DNA of 64,000 nt from assembly GCA_973895155.1 (NCBI GenBank), contig OZ316895.1, forward strand, positions 23,706,281 to 23,770,280, given 5' to 3'. Made by a program: the position numbers and the translations under genes. Positions 50,656-64,000 of this stretch are shown here, in pieces. Under the pieces are notes generated by a model. It saw only the letters and a program-made list of their open reading frames with translations. It searched no databases and had not been told where the DNA came from. Source of the stretch: Marsupella aquatica (Eukaryota; Plantae; Marchantiophyta). Position 1 is the first letter of the stretch. The number at the start of each line of letters is the position of its first letter.

Positions 50656-51974
50656 CATTGAAATGGCAGTGTGACAGTCGCTGCCTCGAATGAAGGACTT
50701 CAGAGTGGCGGCTTCTCCAGACTAAAATAATCCTCTGCTGGCCGTTGCACTCACTCTGCTGCTGTATGATGGCTGAAGCTAGTGCGGACTGGTGGGACAT
50801 TATGGCGGCTCTGCCCGCGGTACTGGGATCAGGCTGATTGGAATCAAAGGCATGTGCCGCTCGCAATCGTGCACCAGACTGGACATTCTTCACTGTACGT
50901 TATACTAGCTTTCGTCAATTCGTCAAATCCGGCATGTTCGTTCGTTTGGTCATTATGGCAGGTCGGATCGATGCCGTATTGAATGCCCATGTGCAGCTCA
51001 GGTCCCCCGCTCAGGTCCCCTCTGCCGTAATCCTGAAGTTGTTTCCAAGCACTGAAGCACGAGCTACGAAACATCACACAGTGGGTTTCAATTGTGTCAA
51101 AGCGTTCAATCTCGGCCCAGTGGTGGGTGCATGGACAGTGATCCATTCATGCTCAGAAAGCTTTAATTGTACAATGTGACTGTGTGTTGTGTTTGGACTA
51201 TGGAGCCTAACAGAGTGATTGATCAGTGACCCATTCATCCAGATTGTACAGTAAGATGCGATTGTTGCCTCGCAAGATTTCAGTGATTTCCATTCAACTA
51301 AACGGCGTACAATGTAATTGTGTCTGTACGTTGTGTTTGGAGTATGGACCCAAGGAGGGGCCAAGGAGAGGCCCAAGGAGAGTGATGAACAGTCCTGAAC
51401 ACCTTTTACAATTTTCTCCTTTCGGTTGATTGCACATTCTACTGACAAATGAACAGCAGTGATCCATTCATGTTGCCCTCAAAAGTTTGTACAGTTGCGT
51501 TTCCATTATGCAGCAATTCAGTTGCCCTCAAAAGTTCTTACTGTCTTGCGCATTGCATGTAAACCGTCTTTTCATGTGATATACTTGCTTTTCATGTCTA
51601 GTCTATGATTGCCCATAGCCACAAAATCTGCTCTAGGAAGCCCTCTAAATCCAATCCAGTCAACCACCTTCCAACCACCCACAAGTTTTGGCCCCACAGC
51701 CAAAGTCATCCTCTATCAACATCATTCTGGATACTAGGTTAATAGCTTGCATAGGTTTCTGTCAATACTAGGAAGCCCCCAAACCCCAATCTAGTCAACC
51801 CCCCACCCAATACTCTGACCTCAGCCCCAAAGATTCAGTCAACAAGATTTAGTCTAGTTAGTAGGTTGGTTGCTCCCAGATTGAAGTTGACTCATGAAAT
51901 CTGTGGCCTTCATGATCCCATGACAGTCCCTACACATAAGCATAGTCTAGATAATTGAATATTGGGATTCACGA

Positions 51975-52405
51975 GATTGCCATTAGTTTTTGACATATTA
52001 CAAACTTTGTCACTAATTTTTTCTATTTATCACAATGCCAGTGTTTTGGTTTATGGGTTAAGAATTAACTTAGGTTAGCTTTTTCGCATCCAATGGTTGT
52101 CATTGCTCCCAGTTTCTTGATCAGATGGCCTGGGTCCCCCCTCAAGGTGACTTTGACCACCCTTGGATTAGTTGACCGATCAATAAGTGGGTCAGTTTGT
52201 CCCGTCCTCCCAACCTACTCCCAACCTCTGTCCTGGGCCTTGTCCTTGCCCATACCCTTTGTCTCTGTCCTGCTAAGGGTGGTCAAAGTCATCTTGAGAG
52301 AGACCAGAATAGTCCAATTGTGGAACTAGCTAGCCAGGTGCGATGAGAGCGTTCGGATGTGAAGGATCTAACCCAGGTTAATTTTCTTAACCCACAAATG
52401 AAAAG
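51975..52405. mobile_element. MITE family A, second copy, right end truncated
   Basis: TTTTCTATTTATCACAATGCCAGTG..ATGGGTTAAGAATTAAC..CATCCAATGG on the left, CTAAGGGTGGTCA inside, and TTTCTTAACCCACAAA on the right, as in 13593-14040. Confidence 0.8.
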
Positions 52406-52956
52406 TAACAATCTACAACCGTAATATGTGATTGACGCTCATTTTAGTTCTTTGTCCTTGTTCCCAGTCCCGTTACAAAAAAGTGTTGTGGGCGTGAATC
52501 ATTGCTGGCCATTAGATCATAGCTAAGTTTTTCTCGACCGTTCGATCTCAAAGAAAAGCCCCCACCGTGCAGGGTACTGCGAGCAGCAGCCAGAGTGCCC
52601 CCGGCCGTCACCGTGCCCTCTTACCCCACTGCCGCCCCACAGACTGTGCCCCTAGGCAGCCGTGCTGCGGCTCGCTCCACCTGGGCAGCTGTGCACTGGC
52701 TCGCCCTGCCCCCTACTGGGCCTCCCTCACTCCTCGCCCCTGCAACTTCCGCCCTCAAACTCGCCAGGACACGCCTGGACCAAGGTACTGCCCTGCAACA
52801 GTGCAACGGCTCCTCAATCCTGGCAAGGAGTACTCCTCGCCACGAGCCAGCCCTCCCCTTGCCTCCTGCAGTGCCCCGCCCCCCTAGCTTCGCCCCCCTG
52901 GCTTCGCCCCCCTGATGCCGTCCTGCCTGCCTTTGGGGCTCTGATCAGCCCTCCCT

Positions 52957-53347
52957 GGCTACTGGTAGTCCCAAGTGCCACTAGTGCTCAGTGGCAAGGT
53001 ATGTATTATGTCAAAAAATAATGGCACTGTAGTAAATTAAGTGTTTTCCTAGATGTTACATGATACACATGCTCTCCGTGGCTAGTCCCAAGTGCCACCA
53101 CTGCTCAGTGGCAAGGTATGTATTATGTCAATGCCAGAGTGCGCAGTGGCAAGGTATGTATAATGTCAAAAAAAAATGGCACTGTAATAAACTCAGTGTT
53201 TTCCTAGATGTTACATTGATACACATGCTCTCCGTGGCTAGTCCCAAGTGCCACCACTGCTCAGTGGCAAGGTATGTATTATGTCAAAAAAGAGTGGCAC
53301 TGTAGTAAATACATGTGTTTTCCTAGGTGTTACATGATATACATGCT
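52957..53347 (+). repeat. Tandem array of 3 units (117-156 bp) containing the right terminus of MITE family A
   Basis: TAGTCCCAAGTGCCA at 52966, 53083 and 53239. Each unit has CAGTGGCAAGGTATGTATTATGTCAA..TGGCACTGTA(G/A)TAAA. Confidence 0.9.
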
Positions 53348-56300
53348 GAGGGTAGCCTTAGGGTGGGGGGGGGGGGGGGGGGTGGACTGCCAGGAAATTG
53401 AGTGAATGGTTAATAATGCACCAGATTCTGCCCCAGCTGGTCTGCGGTTCAAATATTGTATATGCGTCATAGGGGCTTGGTAGTGGTAGGAACAATATTA
53501 AAAACTAAAAGGGGTTTGCCTTTCCTTATAAACTAAGTTTGGTCTGCTCTTTTTCCCTATCTGGTTTCTCATCATATGCTAAAAACTATTCAACTTTGTT
53601 CAATACATTCTTAAACTCAAGTAAAAAGGTCCTATGTTTCAAATTAATATCACTGATTCAAATTCTAGGGCCTCTGGACAAATATTTCTTCTTGACCCTC
53701 CTATAAGGTTTACCCCTCAAGCTTTACCAAGCTCTTCAATAGGGCTTTAGTTCTTTTGCCATCGGAGTGGACTCATGGGCTTTGGCTCTTTGGTCTTCTT
53801 GGGGTTTTCCCTTCTATTGCCCCCTTTCTTAGGTCTCCCGGCTTGGCTTCTTTTTTTTCTCTTTGGACTGTGTAATATATAATTCAATCTCTTTTCTCTG
53901 TTCTGGAAAGCAACAGATGTCCAAAAGTAAGTTGGTCAACAAAAGAAAGCATTTGTTCTTTGTCTCATTTTTCAGGGCCCTTTCCATCGTTCGGGGAAAA
54001 GGGACCAAAATTCTGTGATGCACATAGAGAAAGTGACAGGGTATCCTTCTTCTAGTTGTTCAAAAGCCTTGAGAATCTATGGACTATATGTGCCCCAAAA
54101 CAGGGCTTTCTGTATCTCACAAGAAATTGCTCTGAACGGGCTTGCTCATGTGGGACTTACCCCTTTAAAAATAAATTAAATCTGCTTGGGAGTTGGTTGA
54201 AAACAGGGGCTTTCTGGTGGGGTCAAACCTGTGTATAGTATGGTAGTTATTTATTTATTTGTTTATTTGAGAGGGGTACAAATACACGACACCTGAGCAC
54301 TTCAAGATATTATTTTTCCCTTGAAAAGGTTCCACAAGAGTGTTGGGAATTTATGGGTTCAGATCAACTACCAAGCATATCATAGGGGAGCAGTTTCATT
54401 GAATCATTGCTCCAATGTCTGCCTGGAATGGGAAAGATTGTAATTGTAATTTAGGCTTTATTTGTCCTCGTTGGCCTAAAGGGAGAAGAGTGTCCAAAAA
54501 CATCTACTGTAGGTGACCATCTTTCAATTATGTGCAGGAAATCTGGTTACCCATATGCAGTTGCCAAATGGGGACTTCTACAACACAAATGCCTATAGGT
54601 CTATTTGTAAAGTGAGGGAATTGTGTTGTCCCCTTTTGGTGCAATTAAGTCAAAGGGGTGGGCTCAGTGAGTGTATCAATGAGTAGAAAGTCCACTCTAT
54701 CCGTGGGCCAGCACGCAATTATTGAGAGGGCCGGGAAGGGCTTGGGCGCATGGAGGCCTCACTCCCAGCTCTCGGCCATCTGGCCCAAAAAAATACAAAC
54801 AAGTTTGGGGATATGGACTAGTACCATGAATCTTGTATGGAACAAAGGTTGTGGGTAAACATTTATACTCCATGGTAATATTGTCATAATCTAGTGCCCA
54901 GAAATTTGAAACTAAAGCTCCGATGGACTGCTAGGTTGTTTCCAGGTATCCCAATGGACTCTGACAAGAGACAGACCATTTACACCTAAACAAGAGACAG
55001 CCCAATTGTAAATGGATGGTAAACTCTCTCATTGATTGCCCAATTGTAAATGGATAGTAAATTCTCTCATTAATTGTTTACCTACATTCTTTTTTATCAG
55101 TGTAAGAACATTGTGACTGTGCACCTAAAAGTCAAATTGAATGTGAATGAGATGGACTGAATTCATCAACAACACTCCCATATATTAAATCTCAAATAGT
55201 TGTGCAACAATAAAACTAGTCGATCAAATGCTCCTTATACCATGAGTAACATTCTCTGAAACATAGGATTCCGCAACAATATTCACCTAAATTAAAATTT
55301 CCTTTAGCTTTGCAGCAAAAGAATTATCACAATCTTGGTAACAAGAGCAATGCTCTAAGAAAAACAAGACTCCACAACATCATTTTCAAACCTGGATTTA
55401 CAGACCCCTATACACCCTCCTATGGAACCTGGCTTTAAGACAATCCCATGACAGTTTGTGAAGGAAGAAGATGCTATCAATGACTATCCTTTATGTAACT
55501 TATTTAGATTAGTATTTGACAACTAGATCGAGAGCAACCTCCACTCATGTGAGGATATCACTTCTCCACTTTTGTGTTGTCAAGGTAACGCACGTTTGAT
55601 GCAAAAGTGCTTCAGGTGGGATAGACACATGATAATGCAAAACAGAAGTTAATAGTACTTATCACCACATGTCTTTGCAATACACATGTAATGCGCCGAA
55701 ACAAGACTTTCCTTCAAATATTTGGCCATTCCCAACTTAATTGAAATGATTAACAACGAAAATTGTTCAATTGGCCCAAATAGTACAGGCTGTAATGCAT
55801 ATTGTAAAGAAGGCATTCTCGATATGTTGCAGATGGCTGTCACAGACTACTTCCACATTTTTTGTCTTTTCCAGGTTTTTTCGATGCTGCAGGTCAAGAC
55901 TAATTGTCAGAGTACAATTCCCAAACGACCTCCACGCAGCCATAACCTTCAAGTCGATACCAGTGGCGGAATAATAGACCTAGACAGTACCGCATCAAGC
56001 TAAGGTCTGCCTACATTGAAACAGTATATCCCACATGCAAGACAAAACAACACTTGTGTAAATGATCACGTAACAAATTCTTATTCCTGCAGCCAATCCA
56101 GTGTATGGTGCAATTGTTATAACCAATATCCTCGTGATAAGTCTCTGATTATCATCATGGAAGAGACTGAAAAAATTAGGATACTGAAGACTGGTATCTG
56201 TCCCTGGACTAAACTTGGTTTTCTAAGGGGACTGATGTCTACGACTGGAAGAACTAGAGAGCTTTCATTGGAATGAGGCCTCTAATCTAGCGGACACATG

Positions 56301-56777
56301 ATTGACTGACGGTGGGACTTCTGCTGGTCAACATATATCGATGTTGCGTTCCTTTCCTTCCAGACGTTTCTGTGCTATCTGCTGTAAAATATTACGGCTG
56401 GCAAAGGGAGAAGGTCCTTTACACTATGACCAAGGAGACTCCTACTTATGACTTACTTTAGCAAGCTAATGATTTTGGTTTCAGGGGGGGGTGATCAATC
56501 CTTGTTTCACCATTTCATTGCTTTACCTAGCCTTATCTGCCTTGAGAATCCACCTCAGCCACAATATTCTTACAACACCTTAATGTGTGCCTTCAACAGT
56601 TGCGATCATCTACCTTTCGGGCATGCTAGGCTCAGACCGACCCTTTGCTAGGAACGAAGAAATCAAAATTCCTGCTTAAAGAGCTGTGGGGAGCTACCAT
56701 TCTCTTCTCTTGGGCGATTCCACATGCCCAAAGCTAACAGAGACTTGTGAAACAACAGTCTCACATTCAATAGCATC

Positions 56778-61158
<4,381 letters not shown>

Positions 61159-63196
61159 CTTGCTCGGACCACCTCCGCTCTCTCGCTCAACCACTTAGAG
61201 AAACAGACTCTCCACCACCGGCAGAACTCTGGAAACCATATAGACAGGAGGAAAAACAAAGTCAAATGAAATTCGGGATTGACTGAACTGACTACCAGCA
61301 AAACCAGGTCTATAAGCCCTCGAAATCAGAAGCAACCTCGAGTGGCCAACGTGCACTGGAAATGCTCTTCACTCCCCTCACTGGAAAGCAAACAGACAGA
61401 GGGAGCCTGTTGCCAATTAAATACGTAGCTCGTACCGACTCTGCAGTCCTGGCCTCTCTTCACTCTCTTTACCTTAACCCCCTAAGAAATAGATGAGCAG
61501 TGACAGTCAAATGAGATGGCAGACAGAAATGCCCCACTCACTGTCTGGAGACAAAAGAACCTATTCAACGATTCTTTTGCCTTGCCTTCTCTTCCCACTC
61601 ACTGTCTGGAGACAAAAGAACCTATTCAACGATTCTTTTGCCTTGCCTTCTCTTCCCTTCCCTTAGAGGAATATAACAGCCGAATGAGAAAAGCATTCGG
61701 CTCACTAAAAAATAGGCAGACAAAGAAACCTGGTAATATCGAAGTGCGAGTTATATCAACTCTTCCTCTCCGACCTATTCTGGAGCCCTGGATCTCTCGG
61801 TACCCTTCCCGTCAGGCACTTACACGGGCACAACAGCCGAATGCAATCCAAAAGAAAAACATTACAGCGCTGGAAGTAAGCAAACAATTGCTCCCTTCAT
61901 TTGCAGTGCGAACGGCATTCAGTGTCTCAGATGGTGCTGTGTACGCGTTGTTAAAAATGAAACCGAAGCTTGGCGAAACGGACACACAACAGAAATTAAA
62001 TAACCGAACTGATATCCTCTTCCATGATAGTTAATAGTTAAGTAACTCAACCTTTGCTCCTCCTCCGTTCGTCCTTATCATGCTCGTTCCTCGGAAAGAT
62101 GACATCGCTCAAAATGTATAGCGTACGTACGTAGTTATAAAACAAATTCATGTCCTTCACTGTAATTAAATCAGGAAAATGTCCAGAAATTCGTCGAGGG
62201 AAGAAGCTTGTTTTTCATGGTTACGTAGAGGAAGCAGTCAGACTTCAACAGTCATCATTGACCTGCTCTGACCTATCTTGCTGATGAGATTGCTCGACAA
62301 AAACCTCCAAAGGTTTTTTTCATTATCTCAACGAATACTCACCGAAAAAAGAAACGTTTCTATTCGTCCACCAAAACAAGATCCTTCCCTTCAAACTAGA
62401 ACATCAACAATTGCCATCATAGCAATTCGCTACCTGCGTCCTCGAGCAAAATTCTCGAAGACAATAGGTGAATCCTCAAATCCCTCGAAGAAATGGTGCG
62501 ATTTCAGGGAGATCAAAGTCTCATATAACCACTGAACCAGACAAACCGCTCCCCCTGTGCCCCTGGCATAATCCTGGTCGAACATCCATCTTCCAGAAAG
62601 CAATCGGCAAGTGAGATCTCTCTATCGATCACTACTCGCAATTCTTCGAACGGCAGAGGGAGGGAAAATAAATCAACTGTAAGAAAACTAGGCACCTTTT
62701 TAATTTTCGACTCTTGTTTGGCTTGGCCCCGACATCTCCGTCTTCCGGAATGCAATCGGATAAAGATCTTCCTCGATCAATCAATCCTCCGCAATTCTTC
62801 GAAAGGGCGGACGGGAAAAAAGGTCAAATGGAAGAAAACTCCGCACCTGTTTGATTTTTTTCGGTTCTCGTTTGTGTCCGCTTGACGCTCCGCTTGTGCG
62901 TCTTCGCTCTCTTACTTCGCGCTTCGATCGTCACATCATCATCGCGTTCATCTTCGCTTCGTGATTTTAAGTTACTAACGAACGAACGAACGAACATCTC
63001 CGGATTCGGAGGTCTCTCTCTGTTCTGTTCTGTTCTGTTCAGTTCTGTTGGTTCGCTCGTGATATTTGAAAAGGCAATCTCGAATGCTAATCACGACCTT
63101 TCACACACAACGCGCCTCCCTAATCATAATTGCCGCACTCCAATTAATTAAGACATTCACGATCCCGCCGAAATTGACTTGGATTAGCATCCAGTC

Positions 63197-63950
63197 AATC
63201 ATTTTCATATCCCTGTACAATGGCATCAACATTAATTATTTAATTTGCTAACCCCCTCGTTCACTCTCTACAGTAGGGCCTCTCAAAGCCACCATAGCTC
63301 CCTAGCCTACAATTTGATGACCCTTTAATTCTCTAGTTAGAGCTAATCATTTTCATATCCCTGTACAATGGCATCAACATTAATTTGCTAAACCCCCTCT
63401 TAATTATTTAATTCGCTAACCCCCTCTTAATTATTTAATTCGCTAACCCCCTCTTTCACTCTCTACAGTAGGGCCTCTCAAAGCCACCTTAGCTCCCTAG
63501 CCTACAATTTGATGACCCTTTAACTCTCTAGTTAGAGCTAATCATTTTCATATCCCTGTACAATGGCATCAACATTAATTTGCTAAACCCCCTCCTTCAC
63601 TCTCTACAGTAAGGCCTCTCAAAGCCACCTTAGCTCCCTACCCTACAATTTGATGACCCCTTAACTCTCTAGTTAGAGCTAATCATTTTCATATCCCTGT
63701 ACAATGGCATCAACATTAATTTGCTAAACCCCCTATTTCACTCTCTACAGTGGGGCACCTTAGCTCCCTAGCCTATAATTTGATGGACATTTAACTCTCT
63801 AGTTAGAGCTAATCATTTTCATATCCCTGTACATGGCATCAACATTAATTTGCTAAACCCCTCCTTCACTCTCTACAGTAGGGCCACTCAAAGCCACCTT
63901 AACTCCCTAGCCTACAATTTGATGGACCTTTAACTCTCCAGTTAGAGGTT
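63197..63950 (+). repeat. Tandem satellite, 5 units of about 130-196 bp (core about 140 bp)
   Basis: AATCATTTTCATATCCCTGTACA starts at 63197, 63344, 63540, 63681 and 63811. Confidence 0.95.
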
Positions 63951-64000
63951 AGGGACACACAAAGTTAAGGACTACACAATCAAGTCTTCAACTTTTGAGA

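Noticed and set aside
61516-62034. 172-aa ORF antisense to the enolase leader
   Set aside because: It contains a 61-bp duplication, lies in the probable 5'UTR intron, and has no recognisable motif.

Overview
This is eukaryotic land-plant nuclear DNA. Compact GT-AG introns, long UTRs and the gene set suggest a bryophyte such as a liverwort, but that is inference. Eight host genes are supported: a GPI-anchored GH17/X8 beta-1,3-glucanase (+), mitochondrial-type ribosomal protein uL30 (+), formate-tetrahydrofolate ligase (+), glycyl-tRNA synthetase (-), GMP synthase (+), intronless TAF13 (+), a SAUR-domain protein (+) and ENO3-type enolase (-). A young full-length Ty1/copia retrotransposon spans 26387-33265 with a GTTTC target-site duplication. 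Intergenic DNA holds MITE-like and other dispersed repeats, a decayed Harbinger-type Myb/SANT ORF, two small satellites and many short tandem duplications. The most interesting signals are: (1) the copia element has in-frame gag and pol separated by TGA-AGT-TAA and a 1.9 kb leader with a repeated hairpin array; (2) FTHFS has a 151-aa transit-peptide-like extension upstream of the canonical start; (3) MSA-like (MYB3R) motifs cluster upstream of the glucanase; (4) an inverted repeat pair brackets GMP synthase. No prokaryotic-type system such as CRISPR is present. All alignments were done by eye, so repeat boundaries are approximate.
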